32,048 nucleotides of DNA from an uncultured Terriglobales bacterium (GTDB taxonomy: Bacteria; Acidobacteriota; Terriglobia; Terriglobales; Acidobacteriaceae): NCBI GenBank assembly GCA_964439495.1, contig CAYTQA010000001.1, positions 1 through 32,048 of the forward strand, in the 5' to 3' direction. Below are positions 9,389-17,606 of this stretch, in pieces. The number at the start of each line of letters is the position of its first letter. Position 1 is the first letter of the stretch. The notes beneath the pieces are model-generated. The model was not told the DNA's origin. It ran no database searches and saw only the letters and a list, made by a program, of their open reading frames with translations. Made by a program: the position numbers and the translations under genes.

Positions 9389-11632
9389 ATGAGCAAGCAA
9401 CTACCATCCAAGGAACAACACCTTATTACTCACGAGCAGCGCCCGGCGCCTCAGCCCTGGCCCGGCATTCATCTGCAACGGCACCTTTCCTCCGAGCATG
9501 GGGGCCACGACCCAAGCGGATCGCTTGCCGGATACTGGCAAGTCTTGATTCGACGGCGCTGGACGATCCTGGCGATGGTGACGGTGCTCACCATCCTTGC
9601 CGCCATCGCTTCGTTCAAAATGAAGCCGGTCTATAAGGCCGTAGCCCGCCTGGAAGTCGAGTCCGACATGCCGCAGATCCAGATGATGAACGACTCCGCT
9701 TCCTATCAGCAGATGCAAACCGACCAGGACTTCCTGCGGACGCAAATACAAATTCTGCAGACTGATAATCTTGCCTGGCGGACGATCGAGCAGCTCGGGC
9801 TTGCTCAGAACCCCGCGTTCGCAAATCCGAAAGACCATGCGACCGAGGACCCCGAAGCGCGAAAGATGCAACTGATCCGGGGATTCAAGGGACAGTTGAG
9901 CGTGGACCTGGTGCCCGGCAGCCGCGTGATCCTCGTGGGCTTTGAAAGCACCGATCCGCACGTCGCGGCCCGCGTCGCGAATGCCCTGGTGGACAATTAC
10001 ACCGACTACAATTTTCGCCAGAAATATGATGCCACCCGCCAGGCCGCCGGACGCATGGAGCAGCAACTCGATGAACTCAAGGCCAAGGTGGAAAACTCCC
10101 AGCGCGATCTCCTCGATTATCAGAGGCAGCACGCGATCGTGGATGTGGGCGAGAAACAAAGCGTGGTGGAACAGCGGCTCGCGCAATTGAGCGAAGACCT
10201 TACCCAGTCACAGAACGACAGAATCGAAAAAGAAGCCCTGTACAACCAGATCCAGGCGAACCCTGGAGAGGTGCCGGCCCCTGTCAAGGATGACCTGCTG
10301 CAAAAGCTGCGCGAGCGGGAGGCCGATCTGCGTGGCCAGTATGTGGAGGCCCTGCATCAATATGGGCCCAATTACCCGAAGGTCGAACGGCTGCAGCAGG
10401 AGCTTGCCGAAAGCGAGGCGCAGATCAAAGCGGAGCGGGACCGCATCGTGGGCCACATCCGCGACGATTACAACACCGCGAAAAGACGCGAGCAGTTGCT
10501 GACTCAGGCGGTCAATACGCAGAAAGCGGAGCTGGGCGATTTCAATCGCCTGCTGATCCAGCATAATCTTCTGAAAGGAGAGTATGACACCAATCAGCAG
10601 TTGTACCAGCGATTGCTGGTGCATCTGAAGGACGCCACGGTCTCAGCGGGGCTGCGCTCGACCAATGTGCATATCGTCGATGCAGCGCTGTCGCCCACCA
10701 TTCCCGTTCGCCCCAGGAAACTGCTGAACATCTCCATCGGATTTCTGCTGGGCATGGTATTGGGCGTATTGGGGGCCTTTCTACAGGAGGCGCTCGACAG
10801 CTCGCTGAAGAGCCCGGAAGAAGTGGAGATGCTGATTGGCGCTCCCGCCCTGGCAATGATCCCATCCAAGCCCCATGTTCGCGAACGCCTGCTGGTCTCC
10901 GGCACGGGCCGCAAGGGAGAACTCAAAGGAAATGTGCTGCTGAATTTCCCGCTGCTCCAGAGCTCCACATCGGCATTATCGGAGGCGTATCGCGCGTTGC
11001 GGACCTCGGTCCTGCTCTCGCTGGCTTCGCGCGCCCCGCAAGTGGTCCTGGTGACAAGCGCAAATGCCGGGGAGGGGAAGACCAGTATCTCCGTGAACCT
11101 GGCGCTGGCCCTGGCGCAATGCGGCAGCTCGGTGGCCCTGGTTGACTGCGACCTGCGCAAGCCCAACATTGCCCGGCTGCTTGAAATCGATAATGAGCAT
11201 GGAATCAGCACGTATCTGACCGGCAACGACAGAATTGAAGATGTCACGCATCTGTACGCGCATCAGCCCAATCTGTGGGTCATCCCTTCCGGCCCCACTC
11301 CGCCAAACCCTGCCGAGTTGCTTTCGTCGCAGTCCATGGAAGCCTTGATTAGCGAACTTCGAGGCCGTTTCAAGCACATCATTATCGACTCGCCCCCGCT
11401 TCTGGCGGTCACCGACGCAACGATTCTTTCCACCATCACCGATGGCGCCATTCTGGTAGTGGAGAGCGGCGTAACCCCCAAGAAACTCGTGGCCCGCGCG
11501 CGCAAGGTGCTGGATAGCGCAAGGGCCCGCGTCCTCGGTGTTGCACTGAATAAAGTACAGCTGCATCATGATGGGTATTACGGCTCCTATTCGCGCGGTT
11601 ATTACGCCTACGGGGCACAAGCTGGTAATTAG
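9389..11632 (+). CDS. Polysaccharide co-polymerase / BY tyrosine autokinase (fused Wzc-like protein)
   Basis: 747 aa. It has an N-terminal TM plus a Wzz-like region (YWQVLIRRRWTIL...), a long coiled-coil periplasmic segment and a second TM. The C-terminal P-loop kinase carries Walker A VTSANAGEGKTS, A' VALVDCDLRKPN and B HIIIDSPPLL. A terminal Tyr cluster reads HHDGYYGSYSRGYYAYG. Confidence 0.85.
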   Translation: MSKQLPSKEQHLITHEQRPAPQPWPGIHLQRHLSSEHGGHDPSGSLAGYWQVLIRRRWTILAMVTVLTILAAIASFKMKPVYKAVARLEVESDMPQIQMMNDSASYQQMQTDQDFLRTQIQILQTDNLAWRTIEQLGLAQNPAFANPKDHATEDPEARKMQLIRGFKGQLSVDLVPGSRVILVGFESTDPHVAARVANALVDNYTDYNFRQKYDATRQAAGRMEQQLDELKAKVENSQRDLLDYQRQHAIVDVGEKQSVVEQRLAQLSEDLTQSQNDRIEKEALYNQIQANPGEVPAPVKDDLLQKLREREADLRGQYVEALHQYGPNYPKVERLQQELAESEAQIKAERDRIVGHIRDDYNTAKRREQLLTQAVNTQKAELGDFNRLLIQHNLLKGEYDTNQQLYQRLLVHLKDATVSAGLRSTNVHIVDAALSPTIPVRPRKLLNISIGFLLGMVLGVLGAFLQEALDSSLKSPEEVEMLIGAPALAMIPSKPHVRERLLVSGTGRKGELKGNVLLNFPLLQSSTSALSEAYRALRTSVLLSLASRAPQVVLVTSANAGEGKTSISVNLALALAQCGSSVALVDCDLRKPNIARLLEIDNEHGISTYLTGNDRIEDVTHLYAHQPNLWVIPSGPTPPNPAELLSSQSMEALISELRGRFKHIIIDSPPLLAVTDATILSTITDGAILVVESGVTPKKLVARARKVLDSARARVLGVALNKVQLHHDGYYGSYSRGYYAYGAQAGN

Positions 11633-11637
11633 TTCCG

Positions 11638-12930
11638 ATGTTCAGGGTCTCTCTAAACACGCGGGTGGCGGCGACCGTCTTTTTGCTGGCCGTGCTCCTT
11701 GGCGGAGCGGTACTGGTCCTTCATGCCGCTCTCATCGCCACCGCAAGCGAGTTTGCCGCGCAGGGTGATGCCGCGCAGGTCCAATGGGTTTTGCGGATTG
11801 ATCCCAGGAATGCTGCCCTCCATAGCCGTCTTGGACTTCTCTATCAATGGGAAGGAGCGGATTATCCGCGCGCAGTGCAGCATCTGCGCCAGGCCGCCCA
11901 GCTTAGTCCCCATAGCGCGGGATATTGGGCGGATTTGGGCAGTGGTTGCGAGCTGACCGGAGAGATGGACTGTGCCCGGGCGGCATACGAAAAGGCCATG
12001 GTCATGGCCCCCATGCGTCCCGAGCTTGAATGGAACCTGGCAAATTATTATCTCCGCGCGGGAGAAAGTAATCAGGCCCTGGACCGCTTCGCCCGCTATC
12101 TGCGCTTCGATATTCCATTAAGAGCGCAGGCGCTCTCCGTCCTTAGCAGGAGCTTCGACGATCCGGAGACGGTATGGCGGAAGGCGATTCGCAGCTCGGA
12201 AAATCCGCTCCTCGAACTGACGTACCTGAATGATCTCAAGGCCCGGAAGCCGCAAATCCCGACCGCATCATGGTGGAGAGAGGTAATCTCCCAGGGGAAG
12301 CCCTTCCCCGTAAAGGCGGCTGTTCCATACATCGATCGCCTGCTCGATGCGGGCAATGATACCCAGGCGGTAGGCGCATGGTCGGATTTGCAGGCGAGGG
12401 GTCTGATCAGTCGCCAACAAAATGGGGAATTGGTTTATAACGGCAACTTCGAGCAGGAGCTGCTTAACGGGGGCTTCGATTGGCATCTGCAACAGCAGCC
12501 ATATCTGGAATCCAACTTTGCCAAAGCGGAGTCTTGCCGTAGCAGCCGGTGCTTTCATCTGGATTTCGCCGTACCGCAGAACCTTGAATATGAACCGGTC
12601 TACGAGCTTGTTCCAGTCCTGCCCAACCGGAAATATCTGCTGACAGCGTTCGTGCGCTCGCAGGAGATTAGCTCGGACAGCGGTCCACGCCTGCGCGTCG
12701 TCGATGCCAAATGTGCGGAATGCCTTCAGGCATCCACAGCTTCAACCACGGGTACCAGTTCCTGGCATAAGGTTGAAATAAATTTTTCCACCGGACCAAA
12801 GACGAATTTAATCAGGCTTTCAGTGTGGCGGCCGCGCAGCCGGGTCTTCCCCATGGAGATCAATGGGGAATTCTGGCTTGACTCTGTCTCTCTCAAATCC
12901 ATTGGCGGGGGCGACAACTCAACTTCATGA
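11638..12930 (+). CDS. Membrane-anchored TPR-repeat protein with a C-terminal CBM_4_9-like (jelly-roll) region
   Basis: There is an N-terminal hydrophobic helix (VAATVFLLAVLLGGAVLVL), then TPR-like repeats (AVQHLRQAAQLSPHSAGYWADLG..., ARAAYEKAMVMAP..., ANYYLRAGESNQALDRF). The C-terminal NGNFEQELLNGGFDWHL...WHKVEINFSTG...GEFWLDSVSL resembles carbohydrate-binding-module openings. The stop overlaps the next ATG. Confidence 0.6.
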   Translation: MFRVSLNTRVAATVFLLAVLLGGAVLVLHAALIATASEFAAQGDAAQVQWVLRIDPRNAALHSRLGLLYQWEGADYPRAVQHLRQAAQLSPHSAGYWADLGSGCELTGEMDCARAAYEKAMVMAPMRPELEWNLANYYLRAGESNQALDRFARYLRFDIPLRAQALSVLSRSFDDPETVWRKAIRSSENPLLELTYLNDLKARKPQIPTASWWREVISQGKPFPVKAAVPYIDRLLDAGNDTQAVGAWSDLQARGLISRQQNGELVYNGNFEQELLNGGFDWHLQQQPYLESNFAKAESCRSSRCFHLDFAVPQNLEYEPVYELVPVLPNRKYLLTAFVRSQEISSDSGPRLRVVDAKCAECLQASTASTTGTSSWHKVEINFSTGPKTNLIRLSVWRPRSRVFPMEINGEFWLDSVSLKSIGGGDNSTS

Positions 12931-14306
12931 AACTTCAAACCCAAGTCCCGGCTTCGCTTCATGCGGTGCGGAGCTCTTCAGTTTTGAGGGACACAGTCAG
13001 TTCCTCCACGGAATCGCGCTGGTTCGCGGCGGCGCGCCTGCTGCTTCTTGGCCTCTTGCTTGCGGCCCCACTCGCATTTGGAGCGGTAGAGCCCTGGGCA
13101 TGGGGAACGCTGATCGTTATGGCGGCGCTGGTGATGGTTTGCTGGGCATTCGGGTGCCTGCGGGAGAAGCGAATCACGCTGCTTCGCACCCCGCTTTATA
13201 TTCCCGCGCTGATGTTTGCGGCGATAGGAATCCTGCAATCGACGACGGGGAGCACCTTGAATCCGATTGGCACGCGGGACGATCTCGTGCTCTACGCCGC
13301 GTACTTCATAATCTTTGCTATATCCGCCACGTTGTTTGCGAAGGCCAGTGCGCAATACTGGCTGGGACTGGCCAAAACGGTCACCATCTATACCCTGGCC
13401 CTTTCGGTATTCGCGATCCTGCAATTTTTTACCTCTCCGGACCGCGTTTATTGGACGGTGGCGCCGCGCTGGGGCGGCTTTATTTTTGGGCCTTATGTAA
13501 ACCATAACCATTACGCCGGGCTGATGGAAATGCTGGTCCCGCTGGTCGTGGCATTCTGGATGGGCCGTCCGCGGCATGAGTTATGGAACTGGCTGGCCGG
13601 CTTTACTTCGCTGATCGCGCTGGCCTCGGTCGCGCTCTCCGGCTCGCGCGGCGGCATCAGCTCGCTGCTGCTCGAAATGGCAGGGCTCACCATTATCATG
13701 GTGGCAAAGCGCCGATTCGGGATGCGGGAGAAGAACCCCGCGCATACCGTCGCGCTAGGCATCATCTGCGTTGCGCTTCTGGTAGCGTGGATGCTGCCGC
13801 CGGAAATTACCGCACGGTTGCAATCCGCGGTGCATTCTCCTGAGGCTGAGATGGCGAACCGCGTTAACATGACCCGCGACAGCTTTGCCATCTTCCGCAC
13901 CCATCTTCCGGCTGGAACTGGTTTAGGCTCATTCGAAGCGATTTACCCGCAGTTTCAAAGCTTTGCTTCCGATCTTCGCATTGACCACGCCCATAACGAC
14001 TACGCTGAGGCCCTGGCCGAGACAGGACTGCCGGGGGCCATTGCGCTGGCCCTGGCCTTCGTTTTCTTCCTGATTGCCGCCTGGAGGAACATCAAGCACC
14101 TATTTGGGGCTGCGGACATTGCCGCCTGGATGCGTGTGGGGGCGACAGCCGGCTGCTGTGGATTGCTCCTGCACAGCTTCTTCGATTTCAACCTGCACAT
14201 CCCGGCCAATGCCGCCTGGATGAATTTTATGCTGGCCCTGGTGGCTACGGGAGGCGTCATCCACTCGACCCGCTTCCATTCGGCTAAATCGATCAAGACT
14301 GTGTAG
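12927..14306 (+). CDS. O-antigen ligase / Wzy-like polymerase family membrane protein
   Basis: 459 aa and polytopic. It has the Wzy_C-type segment LSGSRGGISSLLLE plus IDHAHNDYAEALAETGLPGAIALALAFVFFL. ATG 12927 overlaps the upstream TGA (ATGA). Confidence 0.75.
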   Translation: MKLQTQVPASLHAVRSSSVLRDTVSSSTESRWFAAARLLLLGLLLAAPLAFGAVEPWAWGTLIVMAALVMVCWAFGCLREKRITLLRTPLYIPALMFAAIGILQSTTGSTLNPIGTRDDLVLYAAYFIIFAISATLFAKASAQYWLGLAKTVTIYTLALSVFAILQFFTSPDRVYWTVAPRWGGFIFGPYVNHNHYAGLMEMLVPLVVAFWMGRPRHELWNWLAGFTSLIALASVALSGSRGGISSLLLEMAGLTIIMVAKRRFGMREKNPAHTVALGIICVALLVAWMLPPEITARLQSAVHSPEAEMANRVNMTRDSFAIFRTHLPAGTGLGSFEAIYPQFQSFASDLRIDHAHNDYAEALAETGLPGAIALALAFVFFLIAAWRNIKHLFGAADIAAWMRVGATAGCCGLLLHSFFDFNLHIPANAAWMNFMLALVATGGVIHSTRFHSAKSIKTV

Positions 14307-14349
14307 CACAACAGCCGCCCTCGGCTGTGGTGTTCCGCATTTTGATTTG
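14307..14349 (+). terminator. Candidate intrinsic terminator after the Wzy-like gene
   Basis: CACAACAGCCG-CCCT-CGGCTGTGGTG forms an 11-bp stem with one mismatch (14307-14332). It is followed by the T-containing tail TTCCGCATTTTGATTT. Confidence 0.4.
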
Positions 14350-14406
14350 CTCTCCATCCCATTCTCGAATAGCCTAAGTAGTTTCTTATCTCATTGGGGA
14401 GACTCC

Positions 14407-16287
14407 ATGCATAAGAGTGCCCGCTTCTTTTGTCTCGGTATTGCCATCGTATTTGCGACTTTGCTGAATGCCCAGCAGAATTCCAACGTTATCCAACTCA
14501 CTGTGGACGCCACCGACGCTCCGCGCAGAATGCTTCATGCCCGTATGACGATCCCGGCCAAGCCCGGTCCCTTCACCCTGGTTTATCCCAAGTGGATCCC
14601 GGGCGAGCATGGCCCAACCGGTCCAGTCGTGGATACTGCTGGAATATTCATCTCCGCCAACGGACAGCAGCTCCAGTGGGTGCGAGACGACGTGGACATG
14701 TATGCTCTTCACATCAACGTGCCCGCGGGCGCAAGTTCTCTGGATGTTTCCCTCGATTTCCTCGCTACTGCCGCTGCCGAAGGATTTTCCGCCGGGGCGA
14801 GTTCGAGCGAAAAGCTGGTGATCGTGAGTTGGAATGAGGTGCTCATGTATCCGCAGGGGAAAGCCGCGGCGGATGTCACCTTCGCCCCTACGCTGAAGCT
14901 GCCGGCGGGCTGGAAATTCGGCACGGCGCTTGAAAAGCAATCGCAAAGCGGGGAAGCTATCACGTTCAAGCCGGTTTCGCTGGAGATGCTGGTGGACTCG
15001 CCGGTATTGGCAGGCGAGTATTTTCGCGAGATCCCGATCTCCTCTCCGCCGGAGATACCGCATTTCATCGATCTCGCGGCGGACAGCTCCGCGGCGCTGG
15101 CGATGACGGATGAGACCATCGGATATTACAAGCGGCTGGTCAACGAAACCGGAGCGCTTTTTGGCGCGCGCCACTACACCAGCTATCACTTCCTGGTCAC
15201 GTTGAGCGATTACGTCGCCCATTTCGGCCTCGAACATCATCAGTCGAGCGACGATCGCATCCCGGAACACACATTCATCAATGAAGATGAGCGCAAGCTG
15301 CATTCTGACCTGCTTCCGCATGAGTTTGTGCACTCCTGGAACGGCAAATATCGCCGTCCGGCTGGATTGGCCACTCCCAGCTATCAAGAGCCCATGAGGG
15401 GCGAGCTGCTTTGGGTCTATGAGGGGCTCACGCAATACTGGGGCGAGGTCCTGGCGGTGCGCTCCGGCCTGCTCTCGCCGGAATTGTTTCGGGAGCAGGC
15501 GGCGCTTGAGGCCGCCTACCTGGACCAGCGCCAGGGGCGCAAATGGCGCGACCTGCAAGACACAGCCACCGCTGCGCAAGTGCTTTACGAATCGAGTCCT
15601 GCCTATCAGGACTGGCGCCGCTCCACCGATTATTATGATGAAGGCTTTCTGGTATGGCTTGAGGCCGACACCATCATTCGTCAACGGACCCAGGGAAAAA
15701 GGTCCCTGAACGATTTCAGCCGCCTGTTTCATGGCGGCCAGAGTGGCCCTCCCATAGTCCGTCCATATACCTTTGACGACATCGTCACTGCGCTCAATCA
15801 AATCACTCCTTACGACTGGCGCAATTTCTGGCTTCAGCGGCTGCATTCCAAAGCGCCTCATGCCCCGCTTGGTGGAATCGAGAATGGAGGATATCGGCTG
15901 GTTTATAACAGCACGCCTTCGGGATGGATCAAGTTATCGGAGGAGTCCAATAAGTACGCCGATGAGCGCTTTTCGATCGGCCTCTCGGTGCGGGACAACG
16001 GAAGCGTGATCGATGTCATCCTGAATAGCCCCGCAGCCAAAGCGGGCTTTGCTCCTGACATGCGTATCGTGGCGGTGAATGGACGTCAGTTCTCGCTGGA
16101 GGTGCTGAAGCAGGCGATCTCCAGCTCCGCCGGGGCCTCTGCCCCGCTGGAGTTCATCATTGAAAATGCTGAATATTACAAGGTGCTGAAGGTGGATTAC
16201 CGCCAGGGAAGCCGGTATCCACATCTGGAACGGGACCCTGCCAAACCGGCGTTGCTCGACGAGCTAACAAAACCGCTTGCCCATTAA
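14407..16287 (+). CDS. Secreted M61-family (glycyl aminopeptidase-like) metallopeptidase with a C-terminal PDZ domain
   Basis: ATG 14407 is preceded by GGGGAG. Signal peptide: MHKSARFFCLGIAIVFATLLNAQQ. The zinc motif HEFVHSWNGKYRRP has the M61 HExxH context. The PDZ-like region reads GLSVRDNGSVIDVILNSPAAKAGFAPDMRIVAVNG. The ORF-track start at 14347 is probably too far upstream. Confidence 0.8.
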   Translation: MHKSARFFCLGIAIVFATLLNAQQNSNVIQLTVDATDAPRRMLHARMTIPAKPGPFTLVYPKWIPGEHGPTGPVVDTAGIFISANGQQLQWVRDDVDMYALHINVPAGASSLDVSLDFLATAAAEGFSAGASSSEKLVIVSWNEVLMYPQGKAAADVTFAPTLKLPAGWKFGTALEKQSQSGEAITFKPVSLEMLVDSPVLAGEYFREIPISSPPEIPHFIDLAADSSAALAMTDETIGYYKRLVNETGALFGARHYTSYHFLVTLSDYVAHFGLEHHQSSDDRIPEHTFINEDERKLHSDLLPHEFVHSWNGKYRRPAGLATPSYQEPMRGELLWVYEGLTQYWGEVLAVRSGLLSPELFREQAALEAAYLDQRQGRKWRDLQDTATAAQVLYESSPAYQDWRRSTDYYDEGFLVWLEADTIIRQRTQGKRSLNDFSRLFHGGQSGPPIVRPYTFDDIVTALNQITPYDWRNFWLQRLHSKAPHAPLGGIENGGYRLVYNSTPSGWIKLSEESNKYADERFSIGLSVRDNGSVIDVILNSPAAKAGFAPDMRIVAVNGRQFSLEVLKQAISSSAGASAPLEFIIENAEYYKVLKVDYRQGSRYPHLERDPAKPALLDELTKPLAH

Positions 16288-16348
16288 GTGCTGAGCACAG
16301 GGTGGGGATTTGTGAAATATACTTAACCACACTTCCCACTTTAAAGTT

Positions 16349-16495
16349 TGTCATCCAGAGCGCCGCGCGAGGCGATCCCGCCAGGAGAGCCAAGCGCAAG
16401 CGAAGGACCCCGGGAATGCCTCGTTCATAATTGCAGTTTCAGGCTTTCCAACCATTCATTCACTACAGAGACGCAGAGCCACAGAGGACTCGGAA
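16349..16495. repeat. Intergenic REP-like modules: GTCATCCAGAGCG...GCGAAGGACC, and a 3x CAGAG 8-nt periodic tract
   Basis: 16349-16420 reads TGTCATCCAGAGCGCCGCGCGAGGCGATCCCGCCAGGAGAGCCAAGCGCAAGCGAAGGACCCCGGGAATGCC. 16464-16495 reads TACAGAGACGCAGAGCCACAGAGGACTCGGA. Both resemble, from memory, short dispersed intergenic elements common in Acidobacteria-type genomes. Only one copy lies in this window, so repetitiveness is unverified. Confidence 0.3.
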
Positions 16496-16501
16496 TCAAA
16501 T

Positions 16502-16699
16502 CTAGCCGCCGCCGGTAATCCCGCGAATCTCTTCTTCGGCGATTCTCCAATCCTCTTCGGCGTGGCCGGGCTGCCTGCCGCGCTGGACATATAGTTCATA
16601 GGCCCGTTGGCGGATGCGCTCTTCGATATCGCTGCCCTCGGGCTTGATGCGGTCCATCACCGGCTTTGGATCTTTTGGCCTGCTCGCTTTTCTTGCCAT
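16502..16699 (-). CDS. DUF2934-like small protein
   Basis: MARKASRPKDPKP...IEERIRQRAYELYVQRGRQPGHAEEDWRIAEEEI carries the characteristic DUF2934 core (IA.RAYe.y..RG...G....DW..AE.e). ATG 16699 is preferred over the longer 16765 start. Confidence 0.6.
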   Translation of the reverse strand: MARKASRPKDPKPVMDRIKPEGSDIEERIRQRAYELYVQRGRQPGHAEEDWRIAEEEIRGITGGG

Positions 16700-16783
16700 G
16701 TCCCAGAAGATGAATATTGCGGAACTAAGGTTGGTCGGTCCGGCGGAAGCGAGCGGAAATGCCAAGCCCAGGGGTTGAGCGGG

Positions 16784-17527
16784 CTATTCGCCGGTGACAT
16801 CGGCAAATAAATCGCTCTCTTCCCGCAGCTTTTGCGGCTCTCTTGTGGCTGCCAACAGAAAGAATTCCTTATTCCCGCGCTGGCGCACCATGCCGGCAAA
16901 TCGCTCATAGAGCGGGTTTTGCGAAGTATGGGCCTTGAAGGCCGCCAGCTTGGTCTCAATATATGGGCTTATGTCGATTGCGGCGGAGGCCGGGGGCAGG
17001 GAGACCGGTTGACGGTCGGGCAGGGTGAAAGGGGCGGTTGCATAATACAGTTTTTGCGGTCTGTGAGGTTTGAACCCGGCACTCAGCTGGTCGGTGAAGC
17101 GGTTGCTGCGCCCCGCCCAGTGGAATGCCAGGGTGGCCACCAGCGAGGCGATGGAGTGATCGGGATGCGCGGTCACCGCTCCTTCCGGCCCGAATGTGAG
17201 CATCACTTGCGGACGCAGTTCGCGCACCCGCTGTGTGAGCCTCTCGGCCATAGTGTAGAAATCGAAGCGGTCGAGACGGCCATCGGGAAAGCCCAGGATT
17301 TCGCTGCCGGTCACTTTCAGGATCTTGCAGGCGTTGGTAAATTCCCGGGTGCGCATGGCAATCAGATCCTCTTCCGACTTCGCACCGCCACGATTGCTAG
17401 CTGCCTGGCCTGGAGTAAGACAGATCACATAAGTTTCGACTCCCCGCTCGCGGTACAGCAGCAAGGAGCCCCCAAAGCCGCCGGCCTCATCGTCAGGATG
17501 AGCGGTAACGGTGAGCAGTCTTAGCAT
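16784..17527 (-). CDS. PIG-L / LmbE family N-acetylglucosaminyl deacetylase
   Basis: MLRLLTVTAHPDDEAGGFGGSLLLY contains the PIG-L motif AHPDDE, and a later HPDH follows. ATG 17527 is preceded by GAGGAG; the ORF-track start at 17539 is TTG. Confidence 0.8.
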   Translation of the reverse strand: MLRLLTVTAHPDDEAGGFGGSLLLYRERGVETYVICLTPGQAASNRGGAKSEEDLIAMRTREFTNACKILKVTGSEILGFPDGRLDRFDFYTMAERLTQRVRELRPQVMLTFGPEGAVTAHPDHSIASLVATLAFHWAGRSNRFTDQLSAGFKPHRPQKLYYATAPFTLPDRQPVSLPPASAAIDISPYIETKLAAFKAHTSQNPLYERFAGMVRQRGNKEFFLLAATREPQKLREESDLFADVTGE

Positions 17528-17606
17528 GTCACTCCTCAAATGAGACTAGGATGCCGGGGGATGGGCAGACCGCCCATCGCGTTGCAAATTTATCTGGAAT
17601 TGTGGA

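Noticed and set aside
9401-11620. Several 200-260-aa ORFs (9401..10186, 10594..11247, 10976..11620) antisense to the Wzc-like gene
   Set aside because: These are shadow ORFs of the same kind. The plus-strand frame carries Walker A/A'/B motifs and a Tyr cluster, while the antisense translations are R/G/H-rich and motif-free.
12863-13507. A 214-aa plus-strand ORF overlapping the end of the TPR gene and the start of the Wzy-like gene in another frame
   Set aside because: The alternative frame (12927..14306) gives a coherent polytopic membrane protein with Wzy_C-type motifs and an ATGA junction. The competing ORF is Gly/Arg/Ala-rich with no membrane or domain signal.
14386-15861. A 491-aa ORF antisense to the M61 peptidase gene
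   Set aside because: The sense strand has a clear signal peptide, an HExxH metallopeptidase motif and a PDZ domain. The antisense product is Arg-rich and low-complexity with no motifs. Long stop-free antisense frames are expected in GC-rich genes because TTA, CTA and TCA codons are rare on the sense strand.
16832-17524. A 230-aa ORF antisense to the PIG-L deacetylase gene, plus similar cases at 19266..19901 (vs trmD), 22781..23470 (vs prx-like), 25754..26359 (vs uvrA) and 31344..31946 (vs the ligase)
   Set aside because: Each is opposite a gene with unambiguous family motifs, and none has recognisable domains or plausible starts. They are treated as GC-driven shadow ORFs.
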